Part shown: positions 16,890-26,315 of the stretch, piece after piece | Layout of the letters: each line of letters starts with the position of its first letter | How positions within the stretch are numbered: position 1 is the stretch's first letter | NCBI GenBank assembly: GCA_964449135.1 | Contig: CAYUXZ010000006.1 | Location: 301 to 64,300, forward strand | Direction: 5' to 3' | Length of the DNA stretch: 64,000 nt | Source: an uncultured Gammaproteobacteria bacterium | GTDB lineage: Bacteria; Pseudomonadota; Gammaproteobacteria; Xanthomonadales; Xanthomonadaceae | Notes under the pieces: model-generated | The model's database searches: none | What the model was told of the DNA's origin: nothing | The model's input: only the letters and a program-made list of their open reading frames with translations | Made by a program: the position numbers and the translations under genes

Positions 16890-19769
16890 TCAGGGGTCGT
16901 GCGCCACGTGCAGGCGCAGGCGTTCGACCGCGGTTTCCAGGTCCGCGCCCAGCGGCAGCAGTTGCGGCCAGTCGCTGGCCTTCGCGGCCTGCTCGAGCGC
17001 GAGCGCCGCTGCCGCGACTTCGCGCGCGCCGACCAGCAGCGCGGCGCCCTTGATCTTGTGCGCTTCACGCGCGAGGTGGAGGCAATCGCCGCTGTCGCGC
17101 GCGCGGCGCGTCGCGTCCAGGTCGTTCGCGGTGGTATCGAGATAGTCCTGCAACAACGCGCGGCGCTGCGAAGGATCGCCGCCGGTGAGCGCGTCGAGCA
17201 CGGCCGCATCCAACGGCAGCGGATCGCCCTGCGCCTGCGGCAGCGGTTGCGGCGGAACGGTCGCGGGCGAAGCGGTTTCAGAAAACGGCTCGCGCGTCTT
17301 CGTATGCGGTAGCCAGCGTCGCAGGCAGGCCGCGAGCTGTGGGATCGTCACCGGCTTGGACAGGTAATCGTCCATGCCCGCGGCGAGGCAACGTTCGGCC
17401 TCGCCCTTGAGCGCGGCCGCGGTGAGCGCGACCACTGGCGTGCGCGGCTTGCTGTCGCGCGCTTCCTCTTCGCGCAAGGCCTGGGTCATCTGGTAACCGT
17501 CCATCCGCGGCATGTGCACGTCGGACAGAACCAGCGCGTAGCGTCCGCTGCGCCAGCGTTCCAGGCCGTCGAGCCCGTCCTCGGCCGATTCGCTCGCATA
17601 GCCGGCGAGCGCGAGCTGGCGAGCGACCACGAGGCGGTTGGTCGGATGGTCGTCCACGAGCAGGACCAGGCTGCGCTCGGCCTCGGCCTTGCGCGCGTCG
17701 GGCAGCGCACGCGGAGCGAAGGTCGGCGCGGCCGGAGCCGCCGCGGTTTCGGCGCCCGCCTCGATGTCGGCCGGATCGCCGCGCGGCAACGTCACTCGCA
17801 GTCGCATCGTGGTGCCCGCGCCGACGGTGGACTCCATCGTGACTTCGCCGCCCATCAGCTCGGCGAGGCGGCGGCAGATCACCAGCCCCAAGCCGGTGCC
17901 GCCGTACTTGCGCGTGGTGCTGCCCTCGGCCTGGCTGAACGGCTGGAACAACCGCTGTTGTTGTTCGGCGCTCACGCCGATGCCGGTGTCGGTGACGCGC
18001 AGGCAGAGCTTTTCCGCGCCGGTGTCCGCGCCTCGCCATTCCAGCGCGGCCTGCACGAAGCCGTTCTCGGTGAACTTGATCGCATTGGACAGGAAATTGG
18101 ACAGGATCTGACGTAGCCGCAACGGATCGGCGACATGCGCCGGCCCCACGCGCGGATCGACCACGCAGTCAAGCACCAGCCCCTTGCTCGAAGCCGATCC
18201 GCTGAAGTTCGCGACCGTCGCGCGCAGCAACTGCTGCAGGCTGAGCGTGGCCGGCGCCAGCTCCAATCGTCCGGCTTCGACCTTGGAGAAGTCGAGGATG
18301 TCGCCGATGATGTCGATCAGCGACTGCGCAGACTGCTGGATGATCGAAACGTTGCGCCGCTGCTCCGGATCGAGCGCGCCGTGCGAGAGCACTTCGAGCA
18401 TCCCGGTCACGCCGATCATCGGCGTGCGGATCTCGTGGCTCATCGCGGCGAGGAATTCGCTCTTGGTCCGACTCGCGTCGCGCGCGGCGACCTCGCTCGC
18501 TCGCAGCGCCTCCTCGAGCTGCTTGATGCGGGTCAGGTCGGTCGCGATCGCGAGGTGGCCGATCGGCTCGCCGCCCTCGTCGCGCATCGCCGAGGTCGCC
18601 AGCAGCACCGGCACGCGCACGCCGTCCTTGCGCACCAGCGTCCATTCCTGCGCCTGCACACCCAGCTCGAGCAGCAGCGGGATCATCCGCGCGTCCGGAT
18701 GCACGGGACGGCCGAGTGCGGCGGCGAGGCGCTCGGCGACGTCGCGCGCCTCGTCGGCGAGCAGCAACTTGCCGACATTGCGCTGGCCGATCATTTCCGC
18801 AGCCTTGTAGCCCGACAGCTGCTCGGCATAGGGATTGAAACTGCTGAAGCGGCCGTCGAGGTCCACCGACATCACCGCGACCTGCGCGGCGGTGAACAGC
18901 GAGCGGTTGAATTCCTCGCTGCGCGCCAGCGTCGCGCGCACCTGCTCGTTGCGCGCGAGCAACGCAGCCTGCTCGGCCTCGGACTTGCGCACCTCTTCGC
19001 GCAGCGCGAGGAAGCTGTCGAGCACCTCGCCCAGATCGCCTTCGGCGCGATAGCGCGGCGGCGCGGTGTAGTCGCGCCGGCGCATCTGCGTGGTCAGCGC
19101 GAGCAGCGATTCCACGCCGCGGTAGATGTTGCGCAGGATCAGGCTCGCGCCCCAACCAGAGACGAGCAGCGCAAGCAGGCTCAGGCCGATGCGGATCTCG
19201 CCGGCGATCAGCGCGCGATCGTTCTCCTCGCGGACCTGCAGCCGGCCCTGCGCCAGCACGAGCGCGCCCAGCCGCTGCAGGCGCGAGGTCAGCGGGTCCA
19301 TCGCGGGGAACAGCTCGGTGTCGGCGAAATGGCCCAGCGCCTTGATGTCGCGGCTTTGCAGGATCGCGCGCAACTGCGCAAGCGCGCGATCGGCGCGACC
19401 GCGCGCGACCGCGATGTCCGCGAGCAGCGCGCTTTCCTCCGCCGTGTGGGGCGACGCGGCCAGCGCCGCCCAGCCCGAGTCGATGTGCTGTTGCGCTGCG
19501 TCCACAGTGGCCAGGCCCTCGTCCCAGCTCATCAGGTAGTTGCGCACGCGGAACACCACGCCGATGTCGTCCAGGCCATAGCCGTCGGACACGCCCTGGA
19601 TGCGGCGCAGGCTCACCAGGGTCTGCTCGCCGAGCGTGTCGAGCGTGTGCTGGTGCTGGCGGCGCTCCCACTCGTCCAACGCGAGCACGCCCGCGCCGGC
19701 GAGCATCAACACGCCGAACAGGCCGAGCAGTTGCAGGCGGATGCTGGAGTTGCCGCGCAACCGGGCCAC
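16890..19769 (-). CDS. hybrid sensor histidine kinase / response regulator with C-terminal HPt
   Basis: GTG at 19769 with AGGA 7 nt upstream. TM-flanked helical sensor domain, HAMP, PAS (SVDLDGRFSSFNPYAEQLSGY), H-box FLAAMSHEIRTPM, HATPase (GTGLGLVICRRL), REC (LVDDHPTNR...SDVHMPRMDG), HPt (HKIKGAALLVG). Confidence 0.85.
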   Translation of the reverse strand: MARLRGNSSIRLQLLGLFGVLMLAGAGVLALDEWERRQHQHTLDTLGEQTLVSLRRIQGVSDGYGLDDIGVVFRVRNYLMSWDEGLATVDAAQQHIDSGWAALAASPHTAEESALLADIAVARGRADRALAQLRAILQSRDIKALGHFADTELFPAMDPLTSRLQRLGALVLAQGRLQVREENDRALIAGEIRIGLSLLALLVSGWGASLILRNIYRGVESLLALTTQMRRRDYTAPPRYRAEGDLGEVLDSFLALREEVRKSEAEQAALLARNEQVRATLARSEEFNRSLFTAAQVAVMSVDLDGRFSSFNPYAEQLSGYKAAEMIGQRNVGKLLLADEARDVAERLAAALGRPVHPDARMIPLLLELGVQAQEWTLVRKDGVRVPVLLATSAMRDEGGEPIGHLAIATDLTRIKQLEEALRASEVAARDASRTKSEFLAAMSHEIRTPMIGVTGMLEVLSHGALDPEQRRNVSIIQQSAQSLIDIIGDILDFSKVEAGRLELAPATLSLQQLLRATVANFSGSASSKGLVLDCVVDPRVGPAHVADPLRLRQILSNFLSNAIKFTENGFVQAALEWRGADTGAEKLCLRVTDTGIGVSAEQQQRLFQPFSQAEGSTTRKYGGTGLGLVICRRLAELMGGEVTMESTVGAGTTMRLRVTLPRGDPADIEAGAETAAAPAAPTFAPRALPDARKAEAERSLVLLVDDHPTNRLVVARQLALAGYASESAEDGLDGLERWRSGRYALVLSDVHMPRMDGYQMTQALREEEARDSKPRTPVVALTAAALKGEAERCLAAGMDDYLSKPVTIPQLAACLRRWLPHTKTREPFSETASPATVPPQPLPQAQGDPLPLDAAVLDALTGGDPSQRRALLQDYLDTTANDLDATRRARDSGDCLHLAREAHKIKGAALLVGAREVAAAALALEQAAKASDWPQLLPLGADLETAVERLRLHVAHDP

Positions 19770-19789
19770 GACGGATTCCTGGTGCTTGC

Positions 19790-20986
19790 CTAGTGTTTGG
19801 TCTGCCGCCAGTGCTCGATCACTTCGACCAGGCGTTCGCCCGGCGCCGCGGCCGCGATGAGGTAGCCCTGCGCGAAATCGCAGCCGAGCTGCGCGAGCAG
19901 CTGCCATTCCTCCATCGTCTCGATGCCTTCGGCGACGACCTTCAACCCCAGCTTGCGCGCGAGGTCCAGGCTGGTCTCGATCATCGCCAGCTTGCGCGGC
20001 TGTTCGGGCGCGCGATGCACGAAGCCGCGGTCGATCTTCAGTTCGGTGAACGGGATCTGCGAAAGCTGCGCGAGCGATGAATAACCGGTGCCGAAATCAT
20101 CAACGGACAGGCCGAAGCCTTTCAGGCGCAATCGCGCGAGCATCGCCAGCCCGCGCGCGGTGTCGCTCATCACCGAGCTTTCGGTGATCTCCAGCACGAT
20201 GTCCTCGGGACGCATGCCATGGCTGCGCACGATGTTCTCGTAACGGTCGGCGACCTCCGGCCCGGTGAGGTTCAGCGCCGACACGTTGACCGAAACCTTG
20301 ATCCGTAGTCCCTGCTCCACCCAACGCTTCCGCCAGACGCAGCTCTGCGTGAGCATGTGCTGGGTGACCTGCTCGATCATGCCGTGTTTCTCGATCAAGG
20401 GCATGAAGTTGACCGCAGGCAGCACCTGTCCGTTCGGCTGCACCCAGCGCGCGAGCGCCTCGACGCCGACGATCTTGCCGTTGCCGAACTCGGCCTGCGG
20501 CTGGAAATACGGCACGATCTGGCCATCGGCGAGCGCCTGCCGGAGCTGGTCGAGGTTGACCTGTACTTCCGGGTCGGATTCGTCCAGGCCCACGCGGGTG
20601 TCCAGCAGCGCGAGCACCTGCGCGAGCTTGTCGCCGGACAGCGGTTTTTCCACGCTGCCGAGCACGCGCAGGCCCGAGGCCTGCGCCATCACCTGCACCG
20701 CGTGCAGCAGCGCCGGATCCATCGCGCTGACCACCGCGATCGCCGGCGCGAGCTTGTGCTGCGCGATCAGGCCGATGAACTCCACGCCGTCCATGCCGGG
20801 CATGTCCAGATCGACGAGCACGACGTCAGGCGGCACGGGCAGCGCGCGCAGCAATTCCATCGCCTCGAAGCCTTCGGCGGCCTCGAGCACCTCGCCGATG
20901 CCCAGGTCCTCGAGCAGGCGCAGGCCCAGCCGCCTCTGGAACGCGTGGTCTTCGACCAGCAGGACGCGCAGGTTGGAGTAATGCAT
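19790..20986 (-). CDS. response regulator with EAL domain (c-di-GMP phosphodiesterase)
   Basis: 398 aa. REC (VLLVEDH...LVDLDMPGMDG) plus an EAL domain with EALARW, VNVS, EITES, DDFGTGYSSL, KIDR, EGIET and QGY all present. Confidence 0.85.
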   Translation of the reverse strand: MHYSNLRVLLVEDHAFQRRLGLRLLEDLGIGEVLEAAEGFEAMELLRALPVPPDVVLVDLDMPGMDGVEFIGLIAQHKLAPAIAVVSAMDPALLHAVQVMAQASGLRVLGSVEKPLSGDKLAQVLALLDTRVGLDESDPEVQVNLDQLRQALADGQIVPYFQPQAEFGNGKIVGVEALARWVQPNGQVLPAVNFMPLIEKHGMIEQVTQHMLTQSCVWRKRWVEQGLRIKVSVNVSALNLTGPEVADRYENIVRSHGMRPEDIVLEITESSVMSDTARGLAMLARLRLKGFGLSVDDFGTGYSSLAQLSQIPFTELKIDRGFVHRAPEQPRKLAMIETSLDLARKLGLKVVAEGIETMEEWQLLAQLGCDFAQGYLIAAAAPGERLVEVIEHWRQTKH

Positions 20987-21126
20987 CGGCCTTCCCCGGG
21001 GCGAAGGCCGACTCTACGCCGCGGCATGTGACGGCGACAAGTCGCGCGACCGATCCAGGCCGTCGATTTCAAGCCTTGGACTCCGCGGCGTATCCTGCGC
21101 GTCTGCAATTTTTCGCGGACCACCCC

Positions 21127-21786
21127 ATGCCCATATCCACCACCACGATGTTCGCCGTGCCATTCGGCTTCCTGCAGTACCCGCAACCGGAAGCCTTGAA
21201 TGCGAGCTTGCGCAATCTGTTCCTCGAGCGCGAGACCGAGGGCGCGCGTTACGCGAACCCCAATCCCTACACGGTGCGCAACGCGCAACTGTTCGAAAGC
21301 CATTTCGACCTGTTCGCGTGGCCGGAACCGTGCATCGCGCAGTTGCGCGAGTTCTGCCTGTCCAACCTGTTGCGCTGGGTGGGGGAGCTCAACGGCTACG
21401 ACATGGCCGCGATGCGCAACCTGGAGATCGCGACCGATGCGTGGTTCCACATCACGCGCCGCAACGGGCATTTCGGCGTGCACAACCACCCGATGGCCTC
21501 GTGGTCGGGCGTGTATTGCGTCAGCCCGGGGCAGAACGACCTCGACCAGCCCGGCAGCGGTCGGTTGAGCTTCATCAACCCGCAGGTCACCGCGAACATG
21601 TACAGCGACGCCGGAAACGCGTACCTGCGCGACCCGTTCCAGCGCGCGAGCTTCGGATTCGACCTCGTGCCGGGACAGATGATCGTGTTCCCCTCGTGGG
21701 TGCTGCACCACGTGATGCCGTTCTACGGCGAGGGCGAGCGCATCACGGTGGCGTTCAACTGCGCGTTCCGGCAACGCGGGGGCTGA
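21127..21786 (+). CDS. putative 2OG-Fe(II) oxygenase (2OG-FeII_Oxy_5 / TIGR02466-like)
   Basis: The ATG at 21127 gives 219 aa. HNHPMASWSGVYCV and VFPSWVLHHVMPF...ITVAFN are typical of this family. Confidence 0.6.
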   Translation: MPISTTTMFAVPFGFLQYPQPEALNASLRNLFLERETEGARYANPNPYTVRNAQLFESHFDLFAWPEPCIAQLREFCLSNLLRWVGELNGYDMAAMRNLEIATDAWFHITRRNGHFGVHNHPMASWSGVYCVSPGQNDLDQPGSGRLSFINPQVTANMYSDAGNAYLRDPFQRASFGFDLVPGQMIVFPSWVLHHVMPFYGEGERITVAFNCAFRQRGG

Positions 21787-21899
21787 AGCCGTTCCACGGA
21801 TCCGCGGCAGCGCAGATGCTGCCGGCGAAGCCCGCGTTTCGTTAGGATGACGTGGTTCGCCCACGGCTGCCGCGGGCGGTTGCCTGCAGGGGAATGCCG

Positions 21900-24800
21900 A
21901 TGTCCGCGATGCCCACTCCTTCGATCGACCGCAGCTACACGCTTGAGGACAAGTACACCCGCGAACGCGGGCGGATCTTCCTGTCCGGCGTGCAGGCGCT
22001 GGTGCGGCTGCCGATCATGCAGCAGATGCGCGACCGCGCCGCGGGCGTCAACACGGCCGGCTTCATCTCCGGCTACCGCGGCTCGCCGCTGGGCGGGTTC
22101 GACCTGGAGCTGTGGAAGGCCAAGAAACATCTCAAAGCCTCCAACATCGAGTTCACGCCCGGCCTGAACGAGGACCTCGGCGCGACCATGGTCTGGGGCA
22201 CCCAGCAGACCGGCCTGTTCCCGGGCGCGAAGTACGACGGCGTGTTCGCGATGTGGTACGGCAAGGGTCCGGGCGTGGACCGCTGCGGCGACGTCTTCAA
22301 GCATGGCAACGCCGCCGGCACGTCGAAGTTCGGCGGCGTGCTCGCGCTCGCGGCCGACGACCATGCCTGCCGTTCGTCGACGCTGCCGCACGGCTCGGAG
22401 CTGGAATTCGTGTCGGCGATGATGCCGGTGCTCAATCCGGCTGGCGTGCAGGACATCCTCGACATGGGCCTGATGGGCTGGGCGATGTCGCGCTTCACCG
22501 GCCGCTGGGTCGGCTTCAAGACCATCGCCGAAACCGTCGAGTCGTCGGCGTCGGTGATCGTCGACCCGCACCAGCTCGACATCATCATCCCGTCCGACTT
22601 CGAGATGCCGCCGGGCGGCCTCAACATCCGCTGGCCGGATCCGCCGCTGAACCAGGAGATGCGCCTGCACCAGTACGGCGTGCACGCGGCCGAGGCCTTC
22701 GCGCGCGCGAACCGCATCGACAAGATGGTGATCGATTCGCCGAGGGCACGGCTGGGCATCGTCACCACCGGAAAGAGCTATCTCGACGTGCTGCAGGCGC
22801 TGGAATACCTCGGCATCGACCACCGCATGGCCGCCGACATCGGCATCCGCGTCTACAAGATCGGCATGACCTGGCCGCTGGAGCCGGTCGGCATCCGCGC
22901 CTTTGCGGCCGGTTTGGAAGACATCGTGATCGTCGAGGAGAAGCGTTCGTTCATCGAGTCGCAGATGAAGGAGCACATGTACAACTGGCCGCACGCCACG
23001 CGGCCGAGCGTGGTCGGCAAGTACGACGAGGAAGGCGACTGGATCCTGCCGTCGACCAACGAGCTCACGCCCGCCCGCATCGCGCGCGTGATCGCGAAGC
23101 GGCTCGCGCGCTTCTTCACCAGCCCGATGATCGAGGAACGGCTGAAGTGGATCGCCGCGAAGGAAGCCGAGCTCGCGCTGCCACGCGCGAACTTCCCGCG
23201 CGTGCCGCACTACTGCGCCGGCTGCCCGCACAACACGTCCACGAAGGTGCCCGAAGGCTCGCGTGCGCTCGCCGGCATCGGCTGCCACTACATGGTCACG
23301 TGGATGGATCGCGACACCGACACCTTCACCCAGATGGGCGGCGAAGGCGTGACCTGGTGCGGGCAGGCGCCGTTCACCGAGACGCACCACGTGTTCCAGA
23401 ACCTCGGCGACGGCACCTATTTCCACTCCGGTTCGCTCGCGATCCGGCAGGCGGTCGCGGCAAAGGTCAACATCACCTACAAGATCCTCTACAACGACGC
23501 GGTCGCGATGACCGGCGGGCAGCCGGTCGACGGCACGCTGACGCCGCCCGACATCGCCCACCAGGTGCGCAGCGAGGGCGTGGACACGATCGTCGTGATG
23601 AGCGACGACATCCGCAAGTGGAAGGATCGCCGCCACCTGTTCCCGCAGGGCTGCGAGTTCCTCGATCGCGACGAGCTCGACGCGACCCAGAGGCGCCTGC
23701 GCGAGGTCAAGGGCGTGTCGGTGCTGCTGTACGAGCAAACCTGCGCGACCGAAAAGCGCCGCCGCCGCAAGCGCGGCAGGATCCCCGATCCGAACAAGCG
23801 CGCGGTCATCAACACCCTGGTCTGCGAGGGCTGCGGCGACTGCGGCGAGAAGTCGTTCTGCGTCGCCGTGCTGCCGAAGGAGACCGAGTTCGGCCGCAAG
23901 CGCGAGATCGACCAGAGCGCCTGCAACAAGGATTTCAGCTGCGTGAAGGGCTTCTGCCCGAGCTTCGTCACCGTGGAAGGCGGCGCGCTGCGCAAGGGCA
24001 GCGGCGCGGGCGCCTCGAAGGAGAAGATCGCCGCGCGACTGAACGATCTTCCGCTGCCGAAGTTCAAGTCCGACCTGCAGCAGCCCTGGAACATCCTGAT
24101 CACCGGCGTCGGCGGCACCGGCGTGGTGACGATCGGAGCGCTGCTCGGCATGGCCGGGCACCTGGAGAACAAGGGCGCGAGCGTGCTCGACCAGACCGGC
24201 CTCGCGCAGAAGGGCGGCGCAGTGACCACGCACGTGCGCATCGCGAAGTCCCCCGACGACATCCACGCCGTGCGCATCGCCGCGGGCGAGGCCGACCTCG
24301 TGCTCGGCTGCGACATGGTCGTGGTCAACGATTACTGGGCGCTGTCGAAGATCCGCGCCGACCGCACCGCGGTCGTGCTCAACACCTACGAGGCGATGCC
24401 GGGCACCTTCACGATGCACCCGGACATGCAGTTTCCCGCCAGCGGCATCGTCGCCGCCGTGCGCACCGCGCTCGACGGCAAGCTGCCGATGCAGATCGAG
24501 GCGACCGAATTGGCGACCGCGCTGTTCGGCGATGCGATCGCGACCAACTCCTTCATCATGGGCGTCGCCTGGCAGCACGGACTGGTGCCGGTCTCGCTGG
24601 ATGCGCTGCTGCGCGCGATCGAGCTCAACGGTGCCGCGGTGAAGATGAACAAGGAAGCCTTCGCCTGGGGACGTCTCGCGGCGATCGATCCGGATGCCGT
24701 ACGTACCGCCGCCAGCATGAAGACCGCCGCGCAGCCGCTGGCTGATCCGATTCCGCGCGCGGCGAACGTCTCCGATCTGCCGATGGACGACGCGCGTATT

Positions 24801-25460
24801 TCGCGAAGCCTCGACGAGGCGATCGCGCGTCGTCTGGTATTCCTCACCGAGTACCAGGACGCCGCGTATGCGCGGCGTTATCGCGATCTCCTCGACAAGG
24901 TGCACGCGGCCGAATCCGCGAAAGTGCCCGGCTCGACCGCTCTCACCGCAGCGGTCGCGCGCTACGCGTTCAAGTTGATGGCCTACAAAGACGAGTACGA
25001 GGTCGCGCGCTTGTATTCCAATGGCGAGTTCCAGCGAAAAATCGCACAGCAGTTCGAAGGTGACTACAAATTGCACTTCCACCTCGCGCCGCCACTGCTC
25101 GCGAAACGCGATTCCGAAGGCCGTCTGGTGAAAAAGGAATACGGCCCGTGGATGCTCAAGGCCTTCGGCCTGCTCGCGAAGCTGAAATTCCTGCGCGGCG
25201 GCACGTTCGACGTGTTCGGCCGCACCGAGGAGCGTCGCACCGAACGTAGGTTGATCGAGGACTACTTCGCGGACATCGCCTCGATCCTGCCCGCACTCGA
25301 TACCGACAATCTCGCGCTGGCCGTCGAGTTCGCGAGCGTGCCGGAGCACATCCGCGGCTACGGGCACGTCAAGGAAAAACACTTGGCGACAGCCCTGCCG
25401 ACGTGGAAGACCCTGCTGCAGGAATTCCGCGGCGGCGTCCCTGCGCGCAAGGCGGCCTGA
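21900..25460 (+). CDS. indolepyruvate ferredoxin oxidoreductase family protein (fused alpha/beta)
   Basis: ~1186 aa. SIDRSYTLEDKYTRERGRIFLSGVQALVRLP, ferredoxin-like CxxCxxC (CEGCGDCGEKSFC), TPP region and a C-terminal IorB-like domain. The start is among in-frame ATGs at 21894/21900/21909; AGGGGA precedes 21900. Confidence 0.85.
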   Translation: MSAMPTPSIDRSYTLEDKYTRERGRIFLSGVQALVRLPIMQQMRDRAAGVNTAGFISGYRGSPLGGFDLELWKAKKHLKASNIEFTPGLNEDLGATMVWGTQQTGLFPGAKYDGVFAMWYGKGPGVDRCGDVFKHGNAAGTSKFGGVLALAADDHACRSSTLPHGSELEFVSAMMPVLNPAGVQDILDMGLMGWAMSRFTGRWVGFKTIAETVESSASVIVDPHQLDIIIPSDFEMPPGGLNIRWPDPPLNQEMRLHQYGVHAAEAFARANRIDKMVIDSPRARLGIVTTGKSYLDVLQALEYLGIDHRMAADIGIRVYKIGMTWPLEPVGIRAFAAGLEDIVIVEEKRSFIESQMKEHMYNWPHATRPSVVGKYDEEGDWILPSTNELTPARIARVIAKRLARFFTSPMIEERLKWIAAKEAELALPRANFPRVPHYCAGCPHNTSTKVPEGSRALAGIGCHYMVTWMDRDTDTFTQMGGEGVTWCGQAPFTETHHVFQNLGDGTYFHSGSLAIRQAVAAKVNITYKILYNDAVAMTGGQPVDGTLTPPDIAHQVRSEGVDTIVVMSDDIRKWKDRRHLFPQGCEFLDRDELDATQRRLREVKGVSVLLYEQTCATEKRRRRKRGRIPDPNKRAVINTLVCEGCGDCGEKSFCVAVLPKETEFGRKREIDQSACNKDFSCVKGFCPSFVTVEGGALRKGSGAGASKEKIAARLNDLPLPKFKSDLQQPWNILITGVGGTGVVTIGALLGMAGHLENKGASVLDQTGLAQKGGAVTTHVRIAKSPDDIHAVRIAAGEADLVLGCDMVVVNDYWALSKIRADRTAVVLNTYEAMPGTFTMHPDMQFPASGIVAAVRTALDGKLPMQIEATELATALFGDAIATNSFIMGVAWQHGLVPVSLDALLRAIELNGAAVKMNKEAFAWGRLAAIDPDAVRTAASMKTAAQPLADPIPRAANVSDLPMDDARISRSLDEAIARRLVFLTEYQDAAYARRYRDLLDKVHAAESAKVPGSTALTAAVARYAFKLMAYKDEYEVARLYSNGEFQRKIAQQFEGDYKLHFHLAPPLLAKRDSEGRLVKKEYGPWMLKAFGLLAKLKFLRGGTFDVFGRTEERRTERRLIEDYFADIASILPALDTDNLALAVEFASVPEHIRGYGHVKEKHLATALPTWKTLLQEFRGGVPARKAA

Positions 25461-25559
25461 TCCGCGCGGCGGGGTCCGCCGCCGGATCGAGCGCCGACTG
25501 AGGAAGCCTGCCGCGAATCGCGCTAATCTTGGCGGATACGGGTACGGGATCCACGCGCC

Positions 25560-26264
25560 ATGAAAGACATCCGCAACCTCCTGCTCGATTGCCGCTCCGC
25601 GCTGCGCCGCGCCAACCTGCGCTCGCAGGACGAATTGCGCGACCGCCTCGAAGCCGCCCTGCTGGATTTCAGCAAGCAGCAGACCGAAGAGACGGACAAG
25701 GGCGAGGAGCTGTCGCAGCCGCAAACGCGCACCGCGCAGCAGGTCGCCTACGCCTGGCAGATCGCCGCGCGCACGCTGCGCATCTCGCATCCGGACGTGC
25801 ACAACAACATGGTCGAACGCGTGCACGCGATGCTCAATGCGAACATGGTGCACGACCCGGGCACCGAGCTGTTGCACCTGCAGACCAAGCTCGATGGCGC
25901 CGCCGCCGAACTCGCGGTGATCCGCCAGGCCCTCACCGAGGCCGTGCCGTTGCTCGGTCGCGACGCGATCGGCACCGACACCGAATGCACGCAGCGGCGA
26001 CTGAAGAAGCTCATCGACGCGGCGAACTCCGGCGGCGGGCTGCCCGCGCACGTGGAAGACAATCCCATCGACGGCACGCATTCGCGCGAGGAACTGCAGG
26101 CGGTCGTCACCGGCAAGCGCACGCTCAGCCGCTGGGAACGCGCCTGGTGCGTCGCCGAGGCGCTGGTGATGACCGGCCGCACGCCCGAGCAATTGCAGAC
26201 CCTCAACGACGCCGCGCTGGTGAAACTCGTGCTCGCAGGGCCGCAACCGCACGCGACATCGTAA
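25560..26264 (+). CDS. hypothetical soluble protein
   Basis: 234 aa. GC3-rich codon usage supports coding. No TM segment or motif that I recognise. Confidence 0.5.
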   Translation: MKDIRNLLLDCRSALRRANLRSQDELRDRLEAALLDFSKQQTEETDKGEELSQPQTRTAQQVAYAWQIAARTLRISHPDVHNNMVERVHAMLNANMVHDPGTELLHLQTKLDGAAAELAVIRQALTEAVPLLGRDAIGTDTECTQRRLKKLIDAANSGGGLPAHVEDNPIDGTHSREELQAVVTGKRTLSRWERAWCVAEALVMTGRTPEQLQTLNDAALVKLVLAGPQPHATS

Positions 26265-26315
26265 TCCCCCGAAGCGCGCTCCGCTGCGCTGCTGCCGCAT
26301 TCGCTGAAGAACCTG

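Noticed and set aside
16841-17209. 5' extension of the ggt ORF (track 15125..17209)
   Set aside because: It overlaps the HPt-encoding end of the kinase gene. The ATG at 16840 yields a normal signal peptide.
21723-26300. 1525-aa minus-strand ORF, the longest in the track
   Set aside because: It is antisense to the well-supported ior-family gene and the hypothetical gene. Its composition is Arg/Ala/Gly/His-rich with no recognisable motif, which is typical of stop-codon-poor antisense frames in high-GC DNA.
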